A DNA stretch of 63,834 bases, the filler included, from Chiloscyllium plagiosum (Eukaryota), in assembly GCF_004010195.1 (NCBI RefSeq). It is 5 parts of one record of this genome, joined end to end, with 100 filler letters (N's around TTAATTAATTAA, not from the genome) between each part and the next. Parts side by side here need not be neighbours in the genome. Positions count along the whole stretch, not along the records: positions 1 to 26,497 come from NC_057710.1; 4 more parts are not named here. One strand, 5' to 3'. Numbering within the stretch: the first letter of the stretch is position 1; every line of letters begins with the position of its first letter. A program made the translations under genes and the position numbers. Of the stretch, positions 1 through 11,282 are shown one piece after another. The notes below the pieces were generated by a model. That model was not told the origin of the DNA. It saw only the letters and a program-made list of their open reading frames with translations, and made no database searches.

Positions 1-290
1 CCTCCAGTCTGAAAAACAACCCTCCACCACCACCCTCTGTCTTCTACCTTTGAGCCAGTTCTGTATCCAAATGGCTCGATCTCCCTGTATTCCATGAGAT
101 CTAACCTTGCTAATTAGTCTCCCATCGGGATCCTTGTCAATCGCCTACTGCTCTGCCCTCATCAATCTTCTTTGTTACATCTTCAAAAAACTCAATCAAG
201 TTCGTGAAACATGATTTCCCACGCACAAAGCCATGTTGACTATCCCTAATCAGTCCTTGCCTTTCCAAATACATGTACATCTTGTCTCTC
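1..290 (-). mobile_element. CR1 LINE ORF2 (RT) fragment
   Basis: Antisense of the GLIRDSQHGF...VVVEGCFSDWR region seen in other CR1 copies here. Confidence 0.8.
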
Positions 291-499
291 TACTTTCAAT
301 AGGATCTTTTACTCTCAGGTTGTTTATTGAACCTGCCTCATTACCCATTACCAGATCCAGGTCAGCCTGTTATTACTTAGTTCCATGACACATTCCATGT
401 CACCCAGAATTATTTTCATGCTCCTGTTATTTATTGATTAATAGCTATTCTCCAAAAAGAGAAGACTCTTTGGGGCCTGAATTCTAGTCCTTCCGGTGT

Positions 500-1370
500 C
501 ATCTTTCTCCTGCTCGTTTTCTATCTCCACCTACATGGGCTACATCATCAGAACCTAGGTCATCTCTGACAAATCTCCTCAAATCACTCTTATTAACAGT
601 GCTACTCCACCACTTTTTCCATGCCTCCTGTATTTCCAAAAGGTCAAATCTCCCCACACCAATCTTTGAGTTATGCATTTCCCACTTTAATCTTGTTGAT
701 CCTGTGCTAATTTGCTCATGGCTCAATTAGCAATCCAGAGGTTATTAACTTTTTGGTTCTGCTTTGTAATGTAGCCCCTAGGTGCTCATGTTCTCTCAGC
801 AGAACCCCTTCCCTCTTTCTACCAATATATTTGGTGCCCACATGGACCACAGTCGAAAGGTGTGGTGCTGGAAAAGCACAGCAAGTCAGGCAGCATCCAG
901 GGAGCAGGAGAGTCGAGGTTTTGGGCATAAGCCCTTCATCAGGAATGTTTTCTCCCGCTAACTGGATCTTTCCCTTCCCACTCCAGGTTTCTTTGCAGCC
1001 CAGATGAGAGATCCTGAACCCATACACCCAGGCAAGCAGCACAGCCTTTGGGACTCTCGATCCTGGCCACAGAGAGCAGTGTCTATTCCCCGACTAGAGT
1101 TTAGATCAGAGTGGGCCTGGAAAAGCACAGCAGGTCAGGCAGCATCTGAGGAGCAGGAAAATCGATGTTTATGGCAAAAACCCTTCATCAGGCTTTTGCC
1201 CGAAACGTCGATTTTCCTGCTCCTTGGATGCTGCAGACCTGCCATGCTTTTCCAGGACCACTCTAATCTAAATTCTGGTTTCCAGCATCTGCAGTCCTTA
1301 CTTTTGCCTAGTCTATTTCCCGACTATACTACCCGCGATTACATTTCTCTTTCCTCCCTGCTCTCGAATT
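500..1370 (-). mobile_element. Decayed CR1 ORF1 (esterase-like) fragment with two short PLE-end insertions
   Basis: VVHVGT motif and similarity to the ORF1 region at 11480-11990. Confidence 0.6.
1097..1310. mobile_element. Penelope 3'-end insertion, inverted, family A
   Basis: Two inverted arms of the tgctggaaaagcacagcaggtcaggcagcatc repeat; flanked by duplicated gtctatt(c/t)cccgacta. Confidence 0.8.
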
Positions 1371-1374
1371 CTTT

Positions 1375-1625
1375 TTAGTTACTCTTGGGGATATAAGCAC
1401 CTCTGGCTAGGCCACTGCACAGTGGTGCTAAAGGCCAGCCCAGATAAGGATGATAGATGTCATTCCCACAAGGGCATTCGCGAACTAGTTGGGTTTTCCT
1501 GCCAATCTAAAATAGCTTCATGTTTGTCTTAACTCCAGGAATTTCATTTAATTCAAATTCTACTCTCTGCCTTGGTGAGATTTGAACCTGGGTCCCCAGG
1601 ACATTAGCTGAATTTATGATTAAAG
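1375..1625 (-). mobile_element. tRNA-headed SINE-like repeat (decayed)
   Basis: B-box-like ggttcaaatc on the minus strand; body shared with 8485-8928 and 55150-55410. Confidence 0.55.
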
Positions 1626-2108
1626 AGTCATAGTGTATGGAAACAGGCCCTTTGGTCCAACTCATCCATGCCGACCAAGTTTCCTAAACTGATCTATTCC
1701 CTCTTGCCTGTGTTTGGTCCATATCGCTATAAACCCTTCCTATCCATGGACCTGTCAAAATGTCTTTTAAATGTTGCAACTGTACCTGAATCTATTATTT
1801 CCTCTGCCAGGTCATTCCATACACACTATCCTCTTTGTGAAAAAGGTTACAGGGTCATCGAGTCTGTACAGTACGGAAACAGACCCTTCAATCAAACTCA
1901 TCCATGCCGGTCAGATATCCTAATCTAATCCAGTCCCGTTTGCCAGCAATTGGCCCATATCCCTCTAAACCCTTCCTTTTCATGTACTCATCCAGATGCC
2001 TTTTAAATGTTGCCATTGTACCATCCTCCACCACTTCCTCTGGCAGCTCATTCCATACACGCACCACCCTCTGCATTGACCCTTAGATACCTTTTTAATC
2101 TTTCTTGT

Positions 2109-2330
2109 TTAGGGTGCAGGTTTGCTCGCTGAGCTGTAGGTTTGATATCCAGATGTTTCATTACCTGGCTAGGTAACATCATCAGTGGCAACCCCCTTGG
2201 CTTGGAGGTCGCCACTGATGATGTTACCTAGCCAGGTAATGAAACGTCTGGATATCAAACCTACAGCTCAGCGAGCAAACCTACACCCTAATCCTCAACC
2301 TGAGCTTCAAACCTTCACAAACCTTGCAAG
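2109..2330. mobile_element. Penelope terminal insertion, family B, about 80 bp inverted arms
   Basis: 2109-2190 is the reverse complement of 2209-2291; TSD aatctttcttgt at 2097-2108 and 2331-2342; related to the ends of the GIY-YIG element at 42426-43260. Confidence 0.85.
2211..2251 (+). ncRNA. Minimal type I hammerhead ribozyme motif (PLE family B)
   Basis: gCCA-CTGATGA-t-GTTACCT-agcc-AGGTAAT-GAAAC-GTC-TGG: both core boxes, stem II, GUC triplet and CCA/UGG stem I. Confidence 0.8.
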
Positions 2331-3299
2331 AATCTTTCTTGTCTTACCTTAAACCTATGCCCTCTAGTTTTGGACTCCCTCATGGCTATTTACCCTATTC
2401 ATACCCCTTATGATCATGAGGTAACCCCTCAGCCTCTGACACTCCAGAGAAAATAGTCCTAGCCTATTCAGCCACTCCCAAGAGTTCAAATCCTCCAACA
2501 TCCTTGTAAATCTTTTCTGAACCTTTTCAAGTTTCACAACATCCTTCCTATAGTAAGAGTTCAGACTTGAATGCAGTATTTCAAAAGTGGCCTAACCAAA
2601 GTCCTGTACAGCCGCAACATGACTCCCAACTCCGATACTCAATGCACTGACCAATCAAGGAAAGCATACTAAACACCTTCCGCACTATCCTATCTACCTG
2701 CAACTCCACTTTCAAGGAGCTATAAGCCTGCACTCCAAGATCTCAGCAACACTCCCTAGGTCCTTACCATTAAGCGATTTGCCTTTCCAAAATGCAGCAC
2801 CTCTCATTTATCCAAATTAAATTCCATCTGCCACTCCTCGGCCCATTGGCCCATCTTATCAAGATCCTGTTGTAATCTGAAGTAACCTTCTTCGCTGTGC
2901 ACTGCACCTCCAATTTTTGTTTCATCCACAAACTTACTAACCATACCTGCTATATGGATTTATATAAATGATGAAAAGCAATGGACCCAGCACCAATCCT
3001 TGTGGCACACCACTGGTCATGGGCCTCCAGGCTGAAAGGCAACCCTGTATCACGACTCTCTGTCTCTTACCATCAAGCCAGTTCTGAGTCCAAATGGCTA
3101 CTTCTCTCCATATTCCATAAGATAGAACCTTGCTAACCAGTCTACCATGAGGAAACTTGATGTACACCTTACTGAAGTCCATGTAGATCATGTCTACCGC
3201 TTTGTCCTCATCAATCCTCTTCGTTACTCCTTCAAAACAGTCAAGTTTGTGAGACATTATTTCACACGATCAAAGCCCTGTTGACTATTCCTAATCAGA

Positions 3300-3495
3300 G
3301 GAGAAAGTGAGGACTGCAGATGCTGGAGACCAGAGCTGAAAATGTGTTGCTGGAAAAGCGCAGCAGGTCAGGCAGCATCCAGGGAACAGGAGAATCGACG
3401 TTTCAGGCATAAGCCCTTCTTCAGGAAACGTCGATTCTCCTGTTCCCTGGATGCTGCCTGACCTGCTGCGCTTTTCCAGCAACACATTTTCAGCG
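3300..3495. mobile_element. Penelope 3'-end insertion, inverted, family A, hammerhead core on minus strand at 3397-3424
   Basis: Minus strand CTGAAGA-AGGGC-ttat-GCCT-GAAAC-GTC; TSD ctattcc(t/a)aatcaga at 3285-3299 and 3496-3510. Confidence 0.85.
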
Positions 3496-3634
3496 CTATT
3501 CCAAATCAGACCTTGCCTTTCCAAATATGTGTAAATCTTGTCCCTCATAAACCCCTCCAACAACTTGACCACCACCGACGTCAGGCTCACCAGCCTGTAG
3601 TTTCCTGGCTCTTCCTTACCATCTTTCTTAAATC

Positions 3635-5855
3635 CACTGTACACCTGCTTAAAACAACCAGCAAAGTTAGGGTCCTAACTACTTTCTTAAAATGTATTGA
3701 CAGGGTCTGGCCTAGTCCATTACAGACTGGGGGCTCCCTGTAGTACTTATTCAATAGTTCTGATTTGGTGTCTCAGGGTCGTTGGACTCTAAGGCAATGA
3801 GTGGGCGATATTAGTGTCATTTGCTCGAGGTGTTGAATTCGGTTGGTGTAAACAGTGCTCGGGATAGCAATGGCTCTTTCAGTCACCAAGAGGTTTCTGG
3901 GGGCAGAGAAGTAACCCTGGAGTTTTGCGAAAGATGGTTTAGGCCAAGCTGCTGGAACTGGCAGACAGGCTGGGGTTGGAGCTGCCTCCTTCTGTGAGGA
4001 AAGGGGAGAAAATTACAGCAATAGTTCAACACAAATTTGCTGGAAATATCATCAGAATCTTTAGAGATGGCTAAAGTTTAATTGAAAATGAAGCAGCTTG
4101 AGTTAGAGACAAAAGACAAAGAAATGGCAACAGAAATGAAGCCATCTGAATTGTGATTAAAACAGAGGAAACAGAAAAATGAACAAATTGCTTTAGCAGC
4201 ACAAAAAGAAAAAGAAGAAGCGAGAGAAAGAGAGAGAGAGGAAAAGAAGAAAGAGAGGGAGTTTAGACTTCAGAACTTGGACAGGAAAGTCAGCTGAAAA
4301 GGATGGTGATGAAGGCTGACGAGAAGCTTAGTGAGGAAGAGCGTGAGGATGAGCAATCCCCTGGTGACCAAAAGCCCGGTGAGGATCTGTTTAAATATAA
4401 CCAAGCATTGCCTAACTTTGATGAAAAGGATGTGGAAGCTGTTTTCATCTTGTTTGAAAAGGTAGCTCAACAAATGCAGTGGCCGCTGGCAGTGTGGGTT
4501 TTGTTGATCCAAACAAAACTTGTAGGTTGGGCTAGTAAGGTATTTGCATCACTTTCAGAGGAGGTATCTGGGGAATATGAGGAGGTGAAAAAGCCATCTT
4601 AAGTCCATATGAGCTTGTACCAGAAACCTCCAGACAGCGTTTCAGGAATCTAAGGAGGGACCCTGGACAAACTTATATTGATTTTGAAAGGACCAAACAA
4701 AGTAATTTTGAAAGGTGGACAAGGGCACTGAAAATAGAGCAAATCTATGATACGCTCAGATGATTATTTTGGAGGAGTTCAAAAATTCACTTTTTGAAAT
4801 AGTGCGAACTCATGTGGAAGAGCAGAGAGTTAAAACGACAAGGTTAGCAGCTGAAATGACTGATGATTATGAGTTGGTTCATAAATCAAAGTTTGGCCTC
4901 CAAAATCAATTTCAATCCATGAGGGAGAGGAATTGGGGAAAAGAGAAATCCTCATATTGAAAGGGAAAGGTAGATCTGGATGAAGATCATAATAACTTAC
5001 CACAGGGGAAAAAGGAAACACCTGAAGGGAAAAGAGAAGTTAAAAAGTTCTGGTGTTTTCACTGCAATAAAGGAAGCTACATGAAATCACAGCGTTGGTG
5101 AGTTAGAAAAAGCACTGGGAAGCCAGATGTAAGAAAATGGGATAAGCCAGTGAATTCTGTTGGAGTGGTTATGGAAAGCACACTGTGGAGGCTAAAAAGC
5201 TGCACCAAAATGTATAACCTTTTTCTAAGGGGTATTTATGGGGATTGTTACAAGTATTTGGAACAGCATCACTACTTTGGGATAATCTGTTGTGTTTTCA
5301 GATCAGTTAAGGAGGAAGTGCCAGATCTTCTTAAACTATATACCTGTAAAAGTAAAGCTTATTCACAAATGCCAGGGACAGCAATATTAAGAGATACAAG
5401 ATCATCTCAATCTATGATGTTGAAAGATGAGGAGATATGTACTTCTGAAGGACTACTTCCAGAAAAGATACTAGTAATGGGAATTCATGGTGAAATAAGG
5501 AGCATTCAATTGTGTAGAGTGAGGTTTGAATGACCATTGAAGAGTGGAGAGGTCATGGTAGGAGTACTGGACAAACTCTCAGCTCCAAGAACACAATTTG
5601 TCCTTGTTAATGATGTGGCTGGTTCACAGGTAGGGGTATTGCCTCCTGTGGTTGAAAAGCAGTGGAATCTCAGGCAACTGAGCTATTGCTAGACACATAT
5701 CCTGGAATTTTTCCCGACTATGTGGTAACGCGGTCACAAAGTCACGAGTTGAAACAGGAGAGATCAAAGAGTACAGATAAGAAAGTTGAAGTGGTATTAG
5801 CAGAGACTCTGTTTGATCAGAAATTTGAGACAAACCAGGAGCAGATGGATATAAT
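3635..5855 (+). mobile_element. Decayed Gypsy (Gmr1-like) LTR retrotransposon 5' part: LTR end, PBS, gag, protease remnant
   Basis: LTR end ...ccattaca (3724) then tgggggctc (tRNA-Pro PBS-like); gag FDEKDVEAVFILFEKVAQQMQWP and IILEEFKNSL; zinc knuckle CFHC; LRDTxSSQS protease-like motif; many stops and frameshifts. Confidence 0.85.
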
Positions 5856-6147
5856 CTATAGAAACCCTACAGGGTGGAAACAGACCTTTTGGCCCAACAG
5901 GTTGAAATGTAACCCACCAAAACCCGTTCCCCTACCTTATTATCCTATGGTACACATATGGAATGAGCTGCCAGCGAAAGTGGTTGAAATGGGGACATTA
6001 ACAACATTTAAAAGGCATTTTGACAAATACATGGATAGGAAAGGGTTAGAAGGATATGGGCCAAGTGCAGGGAAATGGAGTTAGTGTGGACGGACAGTTT
6101 GGTCAGCATGGACCTGTTTGGGCCAAAGGGCCTGTCTCTGTGCTATT

Positions 6148-6370
6148 GGAGAAAATGAAGACTACAGGTGCTGGAGATCAGAGTCGAGAATGTGGTGCTG
6201 GAAAAGCACAGCAGGTCAGGCAGTATCTGAGGAGCAGGAGAATCAATGTTTCCGGCAAAAACCCTTCATCCTGATTCCTGCCTCATCAACATTTTGCCCA
6301 AAATGTTGATTCTCCTGCTTCTCGGATGCTGCCTGACCTGCTGTGCTTTTCCAGCACTATACTCTTAACT
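6148..6370. mobile_element. Penelope 3'-end insertion, inverted, family A, in a CR1 3' tail
   Basis: Inverted arms of the family A repeat; short flanking duplication gtgctat. Confidence 0.75.
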
Positions 6371-6660
6371 CAGTGCTATAGGACTGTGTGGCTCTATGGA
6401 CAGGGAAGGTTTGGAGGAATTGGTCCAAAGTCGGGCAAATGGGACTTGTTTCATTTGGGAAACCTGGTCATGGTGGGCAGGTTGGAGCAAAGGGTCTGTT
6501 TCTGTGCTGTTGGACTCTACTGCTCCGTGAGTGTTCTCTGTGCTGCTCCTGGCATGCCCTCATGCACTCTTCATGGGGTCTGGAGTCAATGTTGAGGAAT
6601 CCCAGAGAAACTCCCTCCCAACTGTATCTCACTGTGCCGCCCCCTCTGCTGGGTCTGTTG

Positions 6661-7044
6661 TAGAGTCATAGAGCTACACAGCACAGAAATAGACTGTTTG
6701 GTCCAACTTGTCCATGTTGATCAGATATCCTAAATTAATCCAGTCTCACTTACAGGCATTTGGCCCATATCACTGTAAACCCTTCCTATTCACATACCCA
6801 TCCAGATGCCTTTTAAATATTGTAATTGAACCAGCCTCCACCACTTTCTCTGGCAGCTCATTCCATACACGTACCACCCTCTGTGTGAAAAAGTTTTCAC
6901 TTAAGTCCCTTAAATTTTTCCCACCTCACCCTAAACCTATGCCCTGTAGTTCTGGACTCTCCCCACCCCAGGAAAACACCTTGTCTATTTACCCTATCCA
7001 CAGCCCTCATGATTTTATAAACCTCTATAAGGTCACCCCTCAGC
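6661..7044 (-). mobile_element. CR1 3' end fragment
   Basis: Antisense CR1 C-terminus and gactcta tail. Confidence 0.85.
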
Positions 7045-7580
7045 CTGTGCCAGTGGGACAGGGCATATCCAGGGATGGTGNNNNNNNNNNNNNNNNNNNN
7101 NNNNNNNNNNNNNNNNNNNNNNNNNNNNNNNNNNNNNNNNNNNNNNNNNNNNNNNNNNNNNNNNNNNNNNNNNNNNNNNNNNNNNNNNNNNNNNNNNNNN
7201 NNNNNNNNNNNNNNNNNNNNNNNNNNNNNNNNNNNNNNNNNNNNNNNNNNNNNNNNNNNNNNNNNNNNNNNNNNNNNNNNNNNNNNNNNNNNNNNNNNNN
7301 NNNNNNNNNNNNNNNNNNNNNNNNNNNNNNNNNNNNNNNNNNNNNNNNNNNNNNNNNNNNNNNNNNNNNNNNNNNNNNNNNNNNNNNNNNNNNNNNNNNN
7401 NNNNNNNNNNNNNNNNNNNNNNNNNNNNNNNNNNNNNNNNNNNNNNNNNNNNNNNNNNNNNNNNNNNNNNNNNNNNNNNNNNNNNNNNNNNNNNNNNNNN
7501 NNNNNNNNNNNNNNNNNNNNNNNNNNNNNNNNNNNNNNNNNNNNNNNNNNNNNNNNNNNNNNNNNNNNNNNNNNNNNNNN

Positions 7581-7616
7581 CTATGTTCTATGTTCTATGT
7601 TCTATGTTCTATGTTG
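7581..7616 (+). repeat. (CTATGTT)n microsatellite, CR1-type tail next to a gap
   Basis: Directly visible heptamer tandem. Confidence 0.9.
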
Positions 7617-8260
7617 TAGGTTACAGAGGGACATAGATTAGTGCAGAGCTGGGCTGAGAGATGGCAAATAGAGTTTAATGTGGAAAAGTGTGAGGTGATT
7701 CACTTTGGAAGGAGTAACAGGAATGCAGAATACTGAGCTAATGGTAAGATTCTTGGTAGTGTAGATGAGCAGAGAGATCTGTGTCCATGTATGTAGATCC
7801 CTGAAAGTTGCCGCCCAGGTTGATAGAGTGGTTAAGAAGGCATATGGTGCGTTAGCTTTTATTGGGAGAGGGATTGAGATTCAGATCCACAAGGTCATGC
7901 TGCAGCTGTACAAAACTCTGGTACAGCTGCACTTGGAGTATTGTGTACAGTTCTGGTCACCGCATTATAGGAAGTATGTGAAAGCTTTGGAAAGGGTGCA
8001 GAGGAGATTTACTGGGATGTTGACTGGTATGGAGGGAAGGACTTATGAGGAAAGGCTAAGGGTTTTGAGGATGTTTTCATTCGAGAGAAGAAGGTTGAGA
8101 GGTGACTTAATGGAGACATACAAGATAATCAGAGGATTAGATAGGGTGGACAGGGAGAGCCTTTTTCCTTGAATGGTGATGGCTAGCATGAGGGGACATA
8201 GCTTTAAATTGACGGGTGATAGATATAGGACAGACATCAGAAGGAGTTTCTTTACTCAGG
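7612..8260 (+). mobile_element. CR1 ORF2 C-terminal fragment
   Basis: [13 protein letters not shown]...LERVQRRFT...RRRLRGDL motifs. Confidence 0.9.
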
Positions 8261-8484
8261 GAATAAAGCGGTGTGGAGTTGAGGATGAACAGGTCGGTCA
8301 TGATCTCAATGGCATTATAGACGTAGTGGGCTCAATGGCCTCATTCTGCTGTATATAATGGTCTTATAATCTTTCATCCATCCTGTAGTAACTATGCCAC
8401 CCTGTCCCCTTTCTTTGCAAAGGATGAAACAACTCTGAATAATGAGATCCCAGCATTAAACTCAGTGTAAATAGCTGTTTTGTT

Positions 8485-8928
8485 TTCATTCCTTTCGGGG
8501 ATGTGACCATCACTTTAGGTGCAGCATTTATTGAGCCTCCCTCGCTGCCCTTGAACTGAGTGGCTTGCTAGGCCATTCCAGAGGGTAGTTACGAGTTAAT
8601 GCTTTACTGGGAGGCTGGAGTCACTTGTTAACCAGACCAGGTAAAGGTGACAGATTTCCCTCCCTGAAGGACATTAGTGAACCAGATAGGTTTTTTTCGA
8701 CATCATGTCATGGTTCTCAATAGATTGCAAATGCCAGATAGTTTTCATTGAATTCAAATTCCGCCATTTCCCATGGCGGGATTCAAACCTGGATTCCCAG
8801 AACATTGAGGAGAAAGTGAGGTCTGCAGATGCTGGAGATCAGAGCTGAAAATTCCCAGAACATTGTCTGGATTAAGATTTTCTGCATTAAGAGTCTCATG
8901 ATAACACCAATAGGCCACCACTTCCCTC
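8485..8928 (-). mobile_element. tRNA-headed SINE-like repeat with a 43 bp PLE-end insertion (8808-8850)
   Basis: Minus-strand A/B box-like head; insertion flanked by perfect 15 bp TSD attcccagaacattg. Confidence 0.65.
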
Positions 8929-9269
8929 TCTGTAATGGCTATACAATCATTGATTGAGTGATTGATTTATTATTGTACAGGCAGATTATGCCATCCAAAC
9001 TGCTTCAGAGTAGCAAAACAGAGCGCAGAATAGAGCGTTACAGCTGGAACGTATTGCCAAGAGGTAGTAGAGACAGGCACGGTAGATTAATTTAAGGTAC
9101 ATCTGGACAGATGCATGAGTAGGGACACAGATGCTTAAGAATTGGGCGATAGGTTTAGACAATGGCTTTGGATCAGCTCAAACTTGGAGGGCCGAATGGC
9201 CTGTTCCTGGGCTATACATTTTCTTCATTCTTTGTTCTTTGTTCTTTGCAGCGAAGGTGCAGGGACAGC

Positions 9270-10195
9270 AACCAATATTAACCTTTGAGAGGCCCATTCA
9301 TAAGTCTGATAACAACAGGAAAGAAGAATATGTTTATACATGTATTCAAATGTTGATATCTTCTGCCTGATGGAAGGGAATATACCTGGGGTGGGAGAGG
9401 TCCTGGATAAAGTTGATTCCTTTCCCGAGGCAGTGGGAAGTGTAGATAGAGGTGATGGATGGGAGGCTGGTTTGTGGGACGGACTGGGCTGGATTTGCAA
9501 CTCTCTGAAGTTCCTTCTCGTCTTGGCAGAGCAGTTCCCATCCCACGCTGTGATGCATCCAGTTAGGATGCTTTCTATGGTGCATCGATAGAAATTGTTC
9601 AGAGTCCTTATGGGCATGCTGAATGTCCTTAACCTCCTGAGGAAGTGGAGACATTGTTTGTGCTTTCTGGATCGTTGTGTGGATGTGGATATCCCAGGAA
9701 AGATTATTGGTGATCATCACTCCCAGGAACATGAAGCTGTGGACCACCCCCACCTCAGCCCCCTTGATACAGGCAGGAACATGCCCTCCATTCCACTTCC
9801 TGAGGTTAATGACCAACTCCTTTGTTTTACTAACATTGTTATCTTTACACGACACCGTTAAACACTCAGTCTCTTTCCTGTACTCTGCTTCCTGATTGTT
9901 TGAGGTCTGAACTACAACGATGGTGTCATCAACCAACTTGTCAATGGAGTTGGGGTGGAATTTGCCCACACAGAGTGTACAGGAGTAAAGTAAGGGCTGA
10001 GTACACAGCCTTGTGGGGCACTGCTTTTGAGGATGATTGTGCTGTTGCCTAACCTTCTGTCTGGGATTTATGGGTCAGGAAGTCGAGGATCCATTGACAG
10101 AGAGGTGAACCGTGACCTAGTTCTTGAAGTTTGGAGATGAGTTTGTTTGGAATTATAGTGTTGAAGATGGAGATTAGTCTGATGTAGGTATCCTT
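9270..10195 (-). mobile_element. Rex1/Babar-type non-LTR retrotransposon RT fragment
   Basis: [19 protein letters not shown]...NVSKTKELVI...FLGVMITNNLSW and FYRCTIESILTGCITAW motifs; frameshifted. Confidence 0.85.
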
Positions 10196-10619
10196 AATGA
10201 TCAACCTATTAGCCCGTATTTTTTCAGTTAATTCATTTATTTTGTTCTGAATACTACAAGCATTCAAGTAAACGGCGATCAATTTTGCCTTTCCACCCTT
10301 ATTTATCCTGATGAAGGGCTCCTGCCTGAAACATCAATTCTCCTACTCCTCAGATGCTACATGGCCTGCTGTGCTTTTCCAGCACCACACACACTCGACT
10401 TTCTCCCTTATCTATCCTGTTAACTCTCCTCATAGCTGTTTCTGTATGTTTGTACACTCTGACCCTTCCTGTTCTATGCTGCATTTCATTCCCCCAACAG
10501 CTCTCCTGTAATTGGTGGGATATCCTCTTGCTTTGGAAGCTGACAATTCCTCTCTCCCAAATTTGACGCCCACCACACACCCACCCTGCCCCCCCCCCAA
10601 AACAAAAAAAACATTCCAA

Positions 10620-11280
10620 AAGCTCTTCCCTTTCCTCTCAGGCTGTGCCCTCTGGTCCTAGTCTCTCCTACCAATGGAAACATCTTCCCAACATCTACTC
10701 TGTCTAGGCCATTCAGTATTCTGTAAGTTTCAATTAAATCCCCCTCATCCTTCTAAACCCCATCCAGTATAGACCCAGAGTCATGAAACATTCCTCATAT
10801 GTTAAGCTTTTCATTCCATTGTCGTGACCCTCCTCTGGACACACTCCAGGGTCAGTACAGCCTCCCTGAGATATGGGGCACACAACTGCACACAATACTC
10901 CAAATGTAGTCTGACCAGAGCCTTACACAGCCTCAGACGTACATCCCTGCTTTTATATTCAAGTCCTTTCAAAATAAATGTCATCATTGCATTTGCCTTC
11001 CTATCTACTGACCTTAAGAGAAACCTGGACGAGAACTCCAGGTTTGCACTTCATATTTCTGAATTCACTCCCCTTTTAGAAAATAGCCCATGACCTCACA
11101 CTTTCCCACGTTGTACTCCATCTGCTACTTCTTTGCCCACTCTCTGAACCTGTCCAAATCCTTTGGCAGCCTCCCCACCACCTCAATGCTACCTGTCACT
11201 CTACCTGTCTTTGTAGCACCTGCAAATTTAACCTGAGTGCCCTCAGTTCCTTCATCTAGATTGTTAATGTATGCAGTTAA
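10620..11280 (-). mobile_element. CR1 ORF2 fragment
   Basis: YINNLDEG...KFAGATK and FPLVGETRTRGHSL. Confidence 0.85.
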
Positions 11281-11282
11281 AA

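Larger units (their letters stand above)
1623..3632 (-). mobile_element. CR1 LINE 3' fragments (RT C-terminal half and 3' ends), nested
   Basis: Antisense [33 protein letters not shown] and [15 protein letters not shown]. Confidence 0.9.
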
